A DNA stretch of 64,000 bases. It comes from an uncultured Prochlorococcus sp. (GTDB lineage: Bacteria; Cyanobacteriota; Cyanobacteriia; PCC-6307; Cyanobiaceae). Below the pieces are notes generated by a model. That model was not told the origin of the DNA, did no database searches, and worked only from the letters and a program-made list of their open reading frames with translations. The position numbers and the translations under genes were made by a program. Location: the NCBI GenBank assembly GCA_902520485.1, contig CABYNZ010000003.1, positions 6,859 through 70,858 on the forward strand, read 5' to 3'. Shown piece by piece: positions 10,474 to 21,343 of this stretch (its first letter is position 1; every line of letters starts with the position of its first letter).

Positions 10474-11690
10474 TTTTTTTCAAGAAGCACTACTGAATGA
10501 CAACTTATACCCTCTTCTCTCCCTTCTGGACCCAACTTCTCATTCGTGGTTGCTTTAATACCAATTAAATTTTCATCAATATTTAAAATTCCAGAAATGT
10601 TTTTTTTCATTAGTTTTATATGTGGCATGATTTTTGGCCTTTCAGCAACAAGAACACTATCAATATTATTAATTTCCCAACCTTCTTGTCTTATCAAGTC
10701 AATTACTTTTGATAACAAAAACAAGCTATCAGCATTTTTCCATTTTTCATCAGATGGGGGGAAATACTTTCCTATGTCGCCCAGTGAAAGTGCTCCCAAT
10801 AATGCATCCATTATTGAGTGACTCAAAACATCAGCATCACTATGACCATCTAATCCTAAATTTTCAGGATGACACAATTTTACACCTCCAATAATTAAAT
10901 CTCTATCCTCAACTAATCTATGAATATCGTATCCATTACCTATTCTAAATTTCATGAATTGATTATTTTCTTTTATTATTCTCTTACTTTGTGGGGATTT
11001 TTTGTAGTTTTCATTTGAAATTAAGTCACTTCTTCTCTCCAATGTTCTTTCAAAACTTTTTCGTCTTCTCCACGCTTTAATCTCTTCATGATTACCGCTC
11101 ACTAAAATATCTGGCACTTTCATATCTTTAAAAGTTAACGGCCTCGTGTATTGAGGATATTCTAATAAAGAAGAATTATGACTTTCATCGACTAAGGAGT
11201 CTGGATCACCAAGAGTTCCTGGTAACAATCTAGTCAAACCGTTAATTATTGATATAGCAGGTATTTCACCTCCAGAAAGTACATAATCGCCTATCGATAT
11301 CTCTTCATCAGCTATACATCTAATCCTTTCATCAAAACCTTCATATTGACCACAAATAATTATTATTTGATCCAAAGTAGACCATCTCGCAAGATCCTTT
11401 TGCTTAAGGACTTTACCCTGTGGGGTCATCAGCAAAGTTTTACTTTTAGGTAATTTTCTAATTGATTCATATGCCTTATAAATAGGTTCAGGTTTTAATA
11501 CCATACCTGCTCCTCCTCCATACGGCTTATCATCTACTTGTCTGTAAGAACCTTCTCCATATTTTCTTAAATCATATAAATTTACATCGATCAAATTCTT
11601 ATCTAGAGCTTTTGTTATGACCCCTAAATTATTTATTGATTCAAAAGCTTTAGGGAACAAAGTAATCACATCAAAATTAAAACCTCTCAT
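10470..11690 (-). CDS. trmD: Fused tRNA (guanine37-N1)-methyltransferase TrmD / 2-C-methyl-D-erythritol 2,4-cyclodiphosphate synthase IspF
   Basis: TrmD motifs ([32 protein letters not shown]) followed in frame by IspF motifs ([29 protein letters not shown]). Confidence 0.95.
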   Translation of the reverse strand: MRGFNFDVITLFPKAFESINNLGVITKALDKNLIDVNLYDLRKYGEGSYRQVDDKPYGGGAGMVLKPEPIYKAYESIRKLPKSKTLLMTPQGKVLKQKDLARWSTLDQIIIICGQYEGFDERIRCIADEEISIGDYVLSGGEIPAISIINGLTRLLPGTLGDPDSLVDESHNSSLLEYPQYTRPLTFKDMKVPDILVSGNHEEIKAWRRRKSFERTLERRSDLISNENYKKSPQSKRIIKENNQFMKFRIGNGYDIHRLVEDRDLIIGGVKLCHPENLGLDGHSDADVLSHSIMDALLGALSLGDIGKYFPPSDEKWKNADSLFLLSKVIDLIRQEGWEINNIDSVLVAERPKIMPHIKLMKKNISGILNIDENLIGIKATTNEKLGPEGREEGISCHSVVLLEKK

Positions 11691-12602
11691 CTAGAAATCT
11701 TCCTCATAACCAAACTCAATTAACCTTGATTCTTTTTTTCTCCAATTTGGAACAACTTTCACAAACAACTCTAGGTGAACTGGGCCATCAATTAATTTTG
11801 ACATATTTGATCTTGCTGACTGACCAATAATTTTTAACATTGAACCTTTCTTCCCAATAAGAATGCCTTTTTGAGTTGATCTTTCAACAATAATAGTAGC
11901 CAAAATAGCTGTAAAAACTTTGCCATTTTTTCTTTTCATTTCCTCTCTCTTTTCTATCTTTACTGCCACACTATGAGGGACCTCTTCTCTTGTATTTTTT
12001 AATACCTGCTCTCTTACTAAATCAGATAATAAGTTATCTAATGGTTGGTCGCAAATCGTCTCTTCGCCATAAAGTTTTGGTCCCTCTGGAAGAAAATTAA
12101 GTGCCATATCGACTAGTTCAGAACATCCTTCTCCATGACAAGCACTTACAATTTGAAAGTTTCTATTAATTCCAAAAAATCTTCTATATTGATCTAATCG
12201 TAAATTCCTAAATTCTTTATTAACCAAATCCCACTTATTTAATGCCACAATAAACTCAGTTTTATTTGCATTTAGAAAATTCAAAATATATTCATCACCT
12301 CTACCAGGTTCTTCACTTGAATCAATTACAAAAATTACCATATCAACTCCATTAATTGCAGATTTTGCGTTTTTTACTAATATCTCTCCAAGTCGATGAT
12401 GAGGTTTATGAACACCTGGCGTATCAACAAAAATTATTTGCCCATTGTCTGTGGTAAGTATTCCTTTTAATTTATTTCTAGTAGTTTGCGCAATAGGAGA
12501 AGTAATTGTTATTTTTTCTCCAATCAATTTATTTATTAAAGTAGATTTACCGACATTTGGTCTCCCTAGTAAAGTTACAAATCCAGATCTATAATTAGCC
12601 AA
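11691..12602 (-). CDS. era: GTPase Era
   Basis: GRPNVGKST, QTTR, DTPG, NKWD, EEVPHS, KH-domain GILIGKKG. Confidence 0.98.
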   Translation of the reverse strand: MANYRSGFVTLLGRPNVGKSTLINKLIGEKITITSPIAQTTRNKLKGILTTDNGQIIFVDTPGVHKPHHRLGEILVKNAKSAINGVDMVIFVIDSSEEPGRGDEYILNFLNANKTEFIVALNKWDLVNKEFRNLRLDQYRRFFGINRNFQIVSACHGEGCSELVDMALNFLPEGPKLYGEETICDQPLDNLLSDLVREQVLKNTREEVPHSVAVKIEKREEMKRKNGKVFTAILATIIVERSTQKGILIGKKGSMLKIIGQSARSNMSKLIDGPVHLELFVKVVPNWRKKESRLIEFGYEEDF

Positions 12603-12640
12603 AGACTTTTAATGCATCAATAATAAAATTCTGATCAAAA

Positions 12641-13168
12641 ATGAAAAAAAAAACCATAAATTTAAAAGAGGCTTCGTTCACGCAAGCAATAAATATATCC
12701 GCACAATGGTGCAAAGAGTGGGGTGAAGATTTACTCAGCGAAGAGGTTTTAGCTGATAGAATCGCAGAGCTAACTAAAACAAGAAATGGACTCAGAGGAT
12801 TTTTTGCATACGCTTTATCAGATAAAGATTGTTTTTTGTTGGATAAACTTCCTTTTTCACTAATTTACAAATTGAACGAAGGTGGTGATGCTGTAACAGC
12901 GATAGTAGTAAAAAATTTAATAATGAGTTCCGCGCAAATTATTATTCATCGAAGAGATAATAATCATGAATATGAGATAACATCAGAAAACATTTCAGAT
13001 AGATGTAAGGCTATTTTAAGACTGCTAGAAACTAAGTCAGTTACAAAGTCCGTCAATCAAGTCCTTAGAGACTTAGATGATATGGGCAATAGTTTTGATA
13101 ATTCAGTAAAGTATGACTCAGAACAAAAGGAATTTATAAAAAAACAAATTCTTGATATCGCTCAATAA
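12641..13168 (+). CDS. Conserved hypothetical protein
   Basis: 175-aa ORF with ATG start, followed by a hairpin. Confidence 0.75.
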   Translation: MKKKTINLKEASFTQAINISAQWCKEWGEDLLSEEVLADRIAELTKTRNGLRGFFAYALSDKDCFLLDKLPFSLIYKLNEGGDAVTAIVVKNLIMSSAQIIIHRRDNNHEYEITSENISDRCKAILRLLETKSVTKSVNQVLRDLDDMGNSFDNSVKYDSEQKEFIKKQILDIAQ

Positions 13169-13169
13169 A

Positions 13170-13195
13170 AAAGCGTAGAAACAAATCTACGCTTT
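13170..13195. terminator. Probable bidirectional intrinsic terminator
   Basis: 10-bp inverted repeat AAAGCGTAGA / TCTACGCTTT between two convergent genes, with an upstream A tract. Confidence 0.75.
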
Positions 13196-13219
13196 GGATT
13201 CGTTATTTATGTAATGTGT

Positions 13220-13957
13220 TTAGTCTCTTCTTCCACCGCCTTGTAGTGCAATCATTAATCTCAATATAAAAACAAAAAGATTTATATAAGTTAGATACAT
13301 ACCTAAAGCTCCTGCAAGGTATTGATCATCATTATATCTTCTCGGCATTGTATAGAAATCAACAAAAGACATTGCAACAAATAAGACAGTTCCAAATCCT
13401 GCAATTATCAATTCGAGTCCTGAACCTCCAAAAACTCCTGGAGCAAAGAATCCTCCAATTAATTGGACAAACATTGCTATAAGCAGACCTATCAATCCAA
13501 GACCAACTACTCCGCTTAGTGCTTGACCAACGCTATCACTCATTCTTTGACCAGTGTAAGAGGCAATAACGAAAGTTATACCAGTGGCTAAGGCAGCTGT
13601 TCCAACAGAACCAATACCAATTGTTCCTATTGCTAAAGCAACTATTCCACTTAAGGTGAATCCAGTTAACAAACTAAATCCTGTCAACAAGGGTAGTGCC
13701 TTCGCATTATTTGCATTATTTGCAGCACTTGTTGCTATAAAAAACAAAATCAATTCTGCAATTAATGCAACTATTGAAAGAGGCTGAAAAAGCCCAGGAT
13801 TTGTTGCTATGAGTGAGACACCTGCTAATACCCCTAAAGAAGTAAGAACCATACCTCCACCTACGTAAGGTAAAGCTTTTTGAACAACATTAGGTCCAAC
13901 AATTGAACTTGTTTGTGCTTCACGAATAGCTTGATTGAAATTACTACTTGCTGGCAT
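13220..13957 (-). CDS. Bax inhibitor-1 / YccA family membrane protein
   Basis: About 7 TM helices, C-terminal LYL-like GMYLTYINLF motif. Confidence 0.88.
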   Translation of the reverse strand: MPASSNFNQAIREAQTSSIVGPNVVQKALPYVGGGMVLTSLGVLAGVSLIATNPGLFQPLSIVALIAELILFFIATSAANNANNAKALPLLTGFSLLTGFTLSGIVALAIGTIGIGSVGTAALATGITFVIASYTGQRMSDSVGQALSGVVGLGLIGLLIAMFVQLIGGFFAPGVFGGSGLELIIAGFGTVLFVAMSFVDFYTMPRRYNDDQYLAGALGMYLTYINLFVFILRLMIALQGGGRRD

Positions 13958-14030
13958 TTTTTTTATTAAATATGAATATATTCTACTTGATTTTTAAAAT
14001 TTCAGGGTACGGATCTCCAGAGTTATAAAG

Positions 14031-14987
14031 TTATTGATAAGCCTCAATAATTTTCTGAACTAAAGGATGACGAACTACGTCTTCAACGGATAAATAACAA
14101 ATTTTTATACCTTGAGTTTTAGAGAAAATTCTCGATGCTTCAATGAGGCCGCTTTCCTGATCTTTTTTTAAATCAATTTGTGTAATATCTCCGTTTACAA
14201 CCATTTTAGATCTATCACCCAATCTGGTTAAAAACATTCTCATTTGAGAACAAGTAGTATTTTGTGCTTCATCTAGGATAACCATGGAGTTATCTAAGGT
14301 TCTGCCTCTCATAAACGCTAAAGGTGCGACTTCAATAATTCCCTTTTCGATTAACGAATTTGTTCTATCAAACCCAAAAATACTATTTAAAGAATCAAAT
14401 AGGGGTCTTAAATATGGATCTACTTTTTGTTGCAAATCACCAGGTAGAAATCCCAAACTTTCACCAGCTTCTACGGCTGGTCTTGTTAAAACAATTTTTT
14501 CAATTTTTTTCTCGTTCAATAGTCGTGCCGCGCAAACAGTTGCTAAAAATGTCTTACCAGTTCCAGCTGGACCAATTGCGAACGTAAGATCAAAGTTTTC
14601 AATCGATTCAACATATTCTTTTTGCCTTATAGTTCTTGGTCTTAAATATCGTCCTTCTTTAGAACGCGCAAGAACTTTCTTCCCAAGTTCAGCATGTGAA
14701 GACGATTCGCCCATATTTAAAGAACTTAAAGCTGCTTTAAGATCTACCTCTGGGACTTCTAACCCCTGTTCCCAAATTGGTCTTGTTAGTTCTACTAATG
14801 CTGAGGCTCTCTCAATTTTAGATAAGACACCGTTCATCTCAAGTTGTAAGCCTCTAATAGTTAAAGAAACTCCTGTAAGAGACTCAAATTTTTTTAAGAA
14901 AGAATTACCAGGTCCAGATAATGCTGTAGCAGCATCAGAGCTTGGCAAATCTATAGTGAAGTGACCAGTTTTGGAAACTTCCTTCAT
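14031..14987 (-). CDS. phoH: PhoH family ATPase
   Basis: GPAGTGKT, LTRPAVEAGE.LGFLPGD, PLAFMRGRTL, DEAQN, GDITQID, VVRH. Confidence 0.96.
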   Translation of the reverse strand: MKEVSKTGHFTIDLPSSDAATALSGPGNSFLKKFESLTGVSLTIRGLQLEMNGVLSKIERASALVELTRPIWEQGLEVPEVDLKAALSSLNMGESSSHAELGKKVLARSKEGRYLRPRTIRQKEYVESIENFDLTFAIGPAGTGKTFLATVCAARLLNEKKIEKIVLTRPAVEAGESLGFLPGDLQQKVDPYLRPLFDSLNSIFGFDRTNSLIEKGIIEVAPLAFMRGRTLDNSMVILDEAQNTTCSQMRMFLTRLGDRSKMVVNGDITQIDLKKDQESGLIEASRIFSKTQGIKICYLSVEDVVRHPLVQKIIEAYQ

Positions 14988-15018
14988 CTAGTTTATTAAA
15001 TAAAAATTTATCAAATCA

Positions 15019-15381
15019 CTAGCTTTCAGCTTCATTACTCTCGCTTTCAGCTTTACTACTATCATCTTCTTTTTTAATTTTAGCCTTAGCTAATTTTTCC
15101 TTCTCTAACTTTGCTTTACCAATTGCGATAGAGGGTCTTTCTGTTTTTTCTAATAACCCACCCTTTTCTAATAAAGTTCTCACAACATCAGTTGGCTGAG
15201 CACCCTGAGTAAGTCTTGTTCTCAAGGCTTCTGTATCAAGCCTGGTTTCCTTAGTTCTTGGATTATAAAAACCTAGTTCTTGTAGAGGTCTACCATCTCT
15301 TCTGGAAGTACTATTGCATGCAACAATTCTGAAACTTGCTTCTTTTTTCTTTCCAAAGCGCTTAAGGCGCAATTTAATCAT
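15019..15381 (-). CDS. rpsP: 30S ribosomal protein S16
   Basis: [12 protein letters not shown]...SRRDGR...LGFYNP...GAQPTD. Confidence 0.99.
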   Translation of the reverse strand: MIKLRLKRFGKKKEASFRIVACNSTSRRDGRPLQELGFYNPRTKETRLDTEALRTRLTQGAQPTDVVRTLLEKGGLLEKTERPSIAIGKAKLEKEKLAKAKIKKEDDSSKAESESNEAES

Positions 15382-15436
15382 TTTAAATTAATGCGTTTTT
15401 AATAATAATATCATTTAAAGGGTAAAAATATTGAAA

Positions 15437-16915
15437 CTATAAATCGGCAAAACCTTTTTTCTTTTTATTATTTTTTTGTTTTTTCATTGGCTTATTACCA
15501 CTCATCCCTCCCATTCCTGGCATTCCTCCCATTCCTGGCATCCCTCCCATTCCTGGCATTCCTCCCATTCCTGGCATTCCTCCCATTCCTGGCATTCCTC
15601 CCATCCCTGGCATTCCTCCGTTTGACATTTGTTTCATAAAGCCTCTCATTCTTTGAAAATCAGCTAATACTTTATCTACATCTTTTGCTTCATAACCGCT
15701 ACCCTGAGCGATTCTTTGTCTTCTTGAAGGCTGAGCAGCAAGAACTTCAGGTTTTTGTTTTTCCTCAAGAGTCATTGAAGAGATCATAGATTCTATTTTC
15801 TTAAGTTGATCTTCTCCATCTTTTATCATCCCATCATCGATTTTATTCATTCCAGGGATCAATTTAATCAATCCACCAATTGATCCCATCCTTTTAATTA
15901 ATCTCATTTGCTTAACAAAATCATTAAAGTCAAAAGTCGCTTCTTGAAGTTTCTTTTGCATCGCTTCTGCATCAGCAAGTTCAACTTCTTTTTGTGCTTT
16001 TTCAACAAGTGTCAATACATCGCCCATGCCTAAAATCCTGCTGGCCATTCTCTCTGGATGAAATGGTTGTAATGCCTCTATTTTTTCACCTACACCTATA
16101 AATTTGATTGGTTTTCCACTTATTTTTCTTATCGATAAAGCAGCTCCACCTCTTGAGTCACCATCCAACTTAGTTAATATCGCCCCTGTGATTCCTACTT
16201 TTTCATGAAATGATTTTGTTAAGTCTGCAGCTTCTTGCCCAATCATTGAATCAACAACAAGCAAAACCTCATCAGGATTAGAAACTTCTTTTATTCGAAC
16301 CATTTCACTCATCATGGAATCATCAATTTGCAGTCTGCCTGCGGTATCAATAATTATCGAATTAAAATCATTTTCACTAGCAAAATTCAATGCTTCCTTT
16401 GCTATTTCTTCTGGTTTGCTATTTTTTTCTTTAGCTGAAAAAACTTCCAATTCATATTGACTTCCCAATGTTTTAAGCTGCTCTACAGCTGCTGGCCGAT
16501 AAATATCTGCAGCCACTAAAAGAACTTTTTTATCTTTTTCCTTTAAATAAAGTCCTAATTTTCCTGTTGCAGTTGTTTTACCAGCCCCCTGAAGTCCAGC
16601 CATCAAAATGACTGTAGGACTATTTTCATTTTCGTTTAATGGAGAATTTTCATTCCCCATAATGTTAATCAATTCTTTATTTACAACTTCAATAAATTTT
16701 TGACCTGGGTTTACACCCCTAACTACTTCTTCTCCAATAGCTTTATCTTTGACATCTGAAATAAACTCTTTTACTACAGACAAACTAACATCTGCATCAA
16801 GGAGTGCCCTTTTTACCTCCTTCAAGGCATCGTTTATATTATTTTCACTAATTTTTGCTTCGCCTCTTAAACCCTTTACTGCGTCTTCAAAGCGTGACGA
16901 GAGTTCATCAAACAT
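15437..16915 (-). CDS. ffh: Signal recognition particle protein Ffh
   Basis: GLQGAGKTT, DTAGR, TKLDGD, RILGMGD, M domain. Confidence 0.99.
   Translation of the reverse strand: MFDELSSRFEDAVKGLRGEAKISENNINDALKEVKRALLDADVSLSVVKEFISDVKDKAIGEEVVRGVNPGQKFIEVVNKELINIMGNENSPLNENENSPTVILMAGLQGAGKTTATGKLGLYLKEKDKKVLLVAADIYRPAAVEQLKTLGSQYELEVFSAKEKNSKPEEIAKEALNFASENDFNSIIIDTAGRLQIDDSMMSEMVRIKEVSNPDEVLLVVDSMIGQEAADLTKSFHEKVGITGAILTKLDGDSRGGAALSIRKISGKPIKFIGVGEKIEALQPFHPERMASRILGMGDVLTLVEKAQKEVELADAEAMQKKLQEATFDFNDFVKQMRLIKRMGSIGGLIKLIPGMNKIDDGMIKDGEDQLKKIESMISSMTLEEKQKPEVLAAQPSRRQRIAQGSGYEAKDVDKVLADFQRMRGFMKQMSNGGMPGMGGMPGMGGMPGMGGMPGMGGMPGMGGMPGMGGMSGNKPMKKQKNNKKKKGFADL
15503..15619. repeat. In-frame 18-bp tandem repeat (about 6.5 copies) encoding (GGMPGM)n in the Ffh tail
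   Basis: CATTCCTCCCATTCCTGG units repeated with a few synonymous changes. Confidence 0.95.
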
Positions 16916-16962
16916 TATTAAAAAGTAATTTTAATTATTATAGATGATCTTGAAGTTTGTAA

Positions 16963-19068
16963 TTAAAAGCCGCTCACGAAATCAACCAATTTCCACGATT
17001 TATTTGAAAAACCCAAAATATATTTAACTTTAAGGGGATTTAAAGATGTTTCATTAATAAATTCTCCAGAATTCTTTACTAACCTCTCTAAATAATTCAA
17101 CTCTACTAATACAACAATCCGAGATGAAGTTTGCGATTCCAAATCAATTTGACGTATTTGGGAATTAATCTCCTTATAAATTCCTTTCTTGATATCGTTC
17201 TGTCTTTCTTCGATTGTTCGATCAATTAGACCTTTACTAACAATTTTAGAAAGATTAATTTCATCCTTTCCCGCTAAATAATTACTTTTATTAAGAAGCC
17301 ATCCATTAATTAAATTCCTTATATCTTCCAAAGAAGGTGAAGCAGTATTAAGTTCTTTGAATTCATAGGAAATAGTTGAAGTAGATTTATCAGAAATAGA
17401 ATTCAATTTACTTGAAGGATTTTTTTTTATTTCTTGAATAATATCTTTCTCATTAAGCTTTTGATTTTTATCTTTTGCAATTAAAGGTTTTTCAGCAACA
17501 GATTCGTCCTGAATTGATTTTTTAAAATTATTTCTTAAAAATCCAATCCCAATACCAAATGCAAATAAGATCAAAAACGCATAGATATAAATTAAATACG
17601 GCGACCGATTAATTATCTCTTTATCCTTTAAGAATTCCCCAAAACTAAACTTTAATTCAGCAATTTTTTCAATTAAAAAGTTATAAAACTCAATTGGTTT
17701 TTTCTTAAAGTATTCCTCATTGAATACTATATCTTTGTTCTCAACCTTCTCATAGCCTTGTTTTATGCCACCAGGCCAAGGTAATCTTCTTTCATCAATA
17801 TTCCCCAATAAATTATCAAAATCTTCAGTCGTTTTTGTGGAGAATTCCTTCTCAGTTTGTTGTTTTTGAAGATTTGATCTAATTGAAATTTTATTTGATT
17901 TCTTTTCTAATTTTTCAATAAATTCTTGAATTTCTCTATCTTCAAACCAAGAATCTAAATCCACCTCTTTTGATTCAATGTCTCTATAACCAACTAAAAC
18001 ATCATTCTCTAACCAATTTTTACAGAAAATACATATCGCTTCTAACTTATTTCCAGGATAATTATTAAGCCAATCTCGTAAATTCTCATCAGAACTACTT
18101 GAAAATCTTGCAGAGGCTTGGTCAATATCAGCTAAAAGTAAATCTAAACAACCAACTAGAGGCATTGAATCAAGACCTGATAAATTTAGTTTCTTTAAAA
18201 TTCTCCTCGCTTCAAATAATTTTTCCGGCTTTCTTCTAGAGAAACCAATAGCTGTTAAGGATAGAAACGCTAAAAATCCTGCTTCTAATGATCCTCTTTT
18301 TTGTAATTCAAGAAACAAATCAATCTGTTCTTGCACTGTCAAAAATGGCTTAATTTGTTGAAAAAAAACTTCAAACTCTTGCTGATTTAAATAATCTTTA
18401 TATTCAGATTTATTATTACCTTCTAAACCACCTCTTTTGATTATTAAATTTTCCAACATACTTAAGCCTTTTTTATGAGACTCTTGATCATTTAGATCCC
18501 TATTAAGTAGATCTAGGATTCTGTAAGGAAGCAAAGCAACCAAGTCTTCTTCAAGTTCTTTTCTTATGTCTCCAAGCTTTCCCATTCTTTGTAGAAGTTG
18601 TATTCCTTCATGTAAAAAGTCGGCCGCGTTTGAATAGGATCTAAGCTGTTGTTCTTGAATTGCAGAATCTCTAGCTGTTAAAGCAGCCAATAATGTTAAA
18701 TCAGCTTCTCTACTACTTCCTAAAGCTGGAGTTTGTGGGGGCTGCAATGCTTTTCTAGTGATTTTAAACGCTTCTTTTGGTGAACCCGATTCCCATAGAA
18801 GTATTAATCCTGCTACTTCTCTATTTGAGGAAAAATCCAATCCGGAATTCCCATTTAATAACAAATTTTCATACTCTCTTCTGCTTTCTGGGTCTGTAAG
18901 TAGATCGGCAGTGAGGCGGAGCAACTCAGATCTTTGGGTTAATACTTCATAAGTAAAACCTTCATCAGGTGTTTTATCTAACCTCAATTGAAACGCCCTT
19001 AATATTTCCTCAGAAGTTGCAGAGGGGCTTACGCCAATTAAACGAAAATGGTCTAAAGGAAGTTCCAA
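16963..19068 (-). CDS. ftn2: Cell division protein Ftn2/ZipN (ARC6 homologue)
   Basis: LPLDHFRLIGV J-like N-domain lacking HPD, one TM near residue 495-512, periplasmic C-terminal domain. Confidence 0.85.
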   Translation of the reverse strand: MELPLDHFRLIGVSPSATSEEILRAFQLRLDKTPDEGFTYEVLTQRSELLRLTADLLTDPESRREYENLLLNGNSGLDFSSNREVAGLILLWESGSPKEAFKITRKALQPPQTPALGSSREADLTLLAALTARDSAIQEQQLRSYSNAADFLHEGIQLLQRMGKLGDIRKELEEDLVALLPYRILDLLNRDLNDQESHKKGLSMLENLIIKRGGLEGNNKSEYKDYLNQQEFEVFFQQIKPFLTVQEQIDLFLELQKRGSLEAGFLAFLSLTAIGFSRRKPEKLFEARRILKKLNLSGLDSMPLVGCLDLLLADIDQASARFSSSSDENLRDWLNNYPGNKLEAICIFCKNWLENDVLVGYRDIESKEVDLDSWFEDREIQEFIEKLEKKSNKISIRSNLQKQQTEKEFSTKTTEDFDNLLGNIDERRLPWPGGIKQGYEKVENKDIVFNEEYFKKKPIEFYNFLIEKIAELKFSFGEFLKDKEIINRSPYLIYIYAFLILFAFGIGIGFLRNNFKKSIQDESVAEKPLIAKDKNQKLNEKDIIQEIKKNPSSKLNSISDKSTSTISYEFKELNTASPSLEDIRNLINGWLLNKSNYLAGKDEINLSKIVSKGLIDRTIEERQNDIKKGIYKEINSQIRQIDLESQTSSRIVVLVELNYLERLVKNSGEFINETSLNPLKVKYILGFSNKSWKLVDFVSGF

Positions 19069-19217
19069 ACAAATATCCTATTGAAAATTCTTAGATAAAT
19101 TTTATCAAGTTAAAATTTTTTTTCACAAGGTCTTACAGAGTTATTAAAAAAAATCATGAAAATCGCCCTTCACGGCTTAGAATGTTAACAAATCAAAACT
19201 TCGTTAAGGTATTTTTC

Positions 19218-20255
19218 TTGGAAACACACGTAGAGAGAATCTCAAATCTTCAAGACATAAAAAAGGCCGAATTAGATCGAGAAACTGGATTATTTCTTTA
19301 TGAAGACATGACGCTTGGTCGTAGGTTTGAAGATAAGTGTGCAGAAATGTATTACAGGGGAAAAATGTTTGGTTTCGTTCATTTATATAACGGTCAAGAG
19401 GCTATAAGCACGGGAGTAATTGGCGCCATGAAAAAGAAACATGATTGGTTTTGTAGTACTTATCGCGATCATGTTCATGCACTAAGTGCGGGGGTCCCCT
19501 CATTTGAAGTAATGAGTGAACTTTTTGGTAAAGCTACTGGGTGTAGCAAAGGCAGAGGTGGATCCATGCACTTATTTTCAAGAGAACATCACTTACTCGG
19601 AGGATATGCATTTATTGGAGAGGGAATTCCAGTAGCTTTAGGGGCAGCTTTTTCAAGTAAATACAAAAAGGAAGTTGCTGGTAATAGTAATAGTGATGCA
19701 GTAACTGCAGCATTCTTTGGGGATGGAACTTGCAATAATGGGCAGTTTTTTGAATGTTTAAATATGGCCCAGTTATGGAAATTACCCATAATTTTTGTAG
19801 TTGAAAATAATAAATGGGCAATTGGTATGGCTCACGATAGAGCTACTAGTAATCCTGAAATCTGGAGAAAAGCGTCTGCTTTTGGTATGCACGGCGAGGA
19901 AGTTGATGGAATGGATGTATTAGCAGTTAGAGGAGCAGCACAAAGAGCAATTGAGCGGGCTAGAGCAGGAGAAGGACCCACACTTTTAGAATGTTTGACT
20001 TATAGATATAGAGGACACTCTCTTGCTGATCCAGATGAATTAAGGTCTGAAAAAGAGAAGGAGTTTTGGGGGAAAAGAGATCCTATTAAGAAATTAGCCA
20101 AAGAAATTATTGATGGTAAATTCGCCACTGAAGAAGAATTAAAAATTATTGAAAAGAAAATTGATGCAGAAATATCGGAGTCAGTTAAAAATGCTATTGA
20201 AGCTCCAGAGCCCCCTTCAGAAGAATTAACCAAGTATATTTGGGCAGAAGATTAA
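19218..20255 (+). CDS. pdhA: Pyruvate dehydrogenase E1 alpha subunit
   Basis: [21 protein letters not shown]...NN TPP motif, YRGHSLADP; start either TTG 19218 or ATG 19182. Confidence 0.97.
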   Translation: METHVERISNLQDIKKAELDRETGLFLYEDMTLGRRFEDKCAEMYYRGKMFGFVHLYNGQEAISTGVIGAMKKKHDWFCSTYRDHVHALSAGVPSFEVMSELFGKATGCSKGRGGSMHLFSREHHLLGGYAFIGEGIPVALGAAFSSKYKKEVAGNSNSDAVTAAFFGDGTCNNGQFFECLNMAQLWKLPIIFVVENNKWAIGMAHDRATSNPEIWRKASAFGMHGEEVDGMDVLAVRGAAQRAIERARAGEGPTLLECLTYRYRGHSLADPDELRSEKEKEFWGKRDPIKKLAKEIIDGKFATEEELKIIEKKIDAEISESVKNAIEAPEPPSEELTKYIWAED

Positions 20256-20260
20256 AAAGA

Positions 20261-21202
20261 TTAGATACCGCTAGGTAATTTTCTGGTTAAATTCCTTAAT
20301 TTTCTTAGTGCCTTAAGTTCAACTTGTCTTACTCTTTCTCTAGAAACTTCTAATAATCTTCCAATTTCTGCAAGTGTATGTCTCTCATTGGCATCAAGTC
20401 CGAACCTTAGTTTGAGAACATGTTGTTCTTGCTCGCTTAAATGACTTAACCACTTACCAAGTTGCTCTTGATGCATTTTCTGTTCAACTTGATCTAGAGG
20501 CTCTTCATTATTACTATCTGCAATTAAATCACCTAAAAAACTCCTGCCATCATCACCATTTACTGGAGCATCTAAACTACTTGTCGATAAAGCTTGTCTT
20601 AAAACAGAATCCAATTCTTCAACATCAATTTCCATTGCCTCTGCAATTTCAATTCTGCTTGGCATAGCACCAAGCTTATGAGCCAAATCTCTACTAACTT
20701 TTCTAATAGAAGCTAATCTTTCACTTAAGTGAACAGGTAAACGGATTGTTCTTGATTGGCAGGCAATTGCTCTTGTCATACTCTGCCTAATCCACCAAAA
20801 GGCATAAGTAGAAAACTTATATCCTCTTGTAGGATCAAATTTTTCAACAGCCCTCTCCAACCCAAGAGAACCTTCTTGTACTAAATCAAGTAATTCCAAT
20901 CCTTTACCTTGATATTTTTTTGCCACACTCACAACTAATCTTAAATTAGCTTTCATCATTCTTTCTTTAGCTCTTCGACCAATTTTTATTGTTCTTTTTT
21001 GCTGAGTTGTAAATTCATTAATCTTTTCACTTAATTGTCCATCTTCTGTAAGAATCATCATCTTCTGGACTTGATTACCCAATTCAATCTCCTCGGCAGG
21101 TGTTAATAAGGGGACTCTACCGATATTTTGCAAATACCAACTTATTGGATCATTACTCCTCCTTTTTGGTGGTTCTTCTTGAATTGGTAATGATGAAATC
21201 AT
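20261..21202 (-). CDS. Group 2 sigma-70 factor (RpoD-like)
   Basis: YLQNIGRVPLLT, ANLRLVVSVAKKY, DLVQEG, KFSTYAFWWIRQ, SRERVRQ; no region 1.1. Confidence 0.95.
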   Translation of the reverse strand: MISSLPIQEEPPKRRSNDPISWYLQNIGRVPLLTPAEEIELGNQVQKMMILTEDGQLSEKINEFTTQQKRTIKIGRRAKERMMKANLRLVVSVAKKYQGKGLELLDLVQEGSLGLERAVEKFDPTRGYKFSTYAFWWIRQSMTRAIACQSRTIRLPVHLSERLASIRKVSRDLAHKLGAMPSRIEIAEAMEIDVEELDSVLRQALSTSSLDAPVNGDDGRSFLGDLIADSNNEEPLDQVEQKMHQEQLGKWLSHLSEQEQHVLKLRFGLDANERHTLAEIGRLLEVSRERVRQVELKALRKLRNLTRKLPSGI

Positions 21203-21343
21203 TTTTTTGACCTACTTTAGGTAGTAAAACTTTCCTACACTTTTAAAGAAAAGGCCAAATATTTAATGCGCGCTTCAGATTTCAAGTAATATTTGTACAC
21301 TTATGTGTTAAAAACTATAAATAACTCTCTTAAATTGTTTCTT

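Noticed and set aside
14284-14964. 226-aa ORF on the + strand
   Set aside because: Codon-aligned antisense shadow of phoH with no recognisable motif
15503-15619. Possible CRISPR array
   Set aside because: No spacers and no cas genes; it is an in-frame coding repeat
21286-21298. NtcA-like site upstream of the sigma factor (GTAATATTTGTAC)
   Set aside because: Spacing is GTA-N7-TAC rather than GTA-N8-TAC
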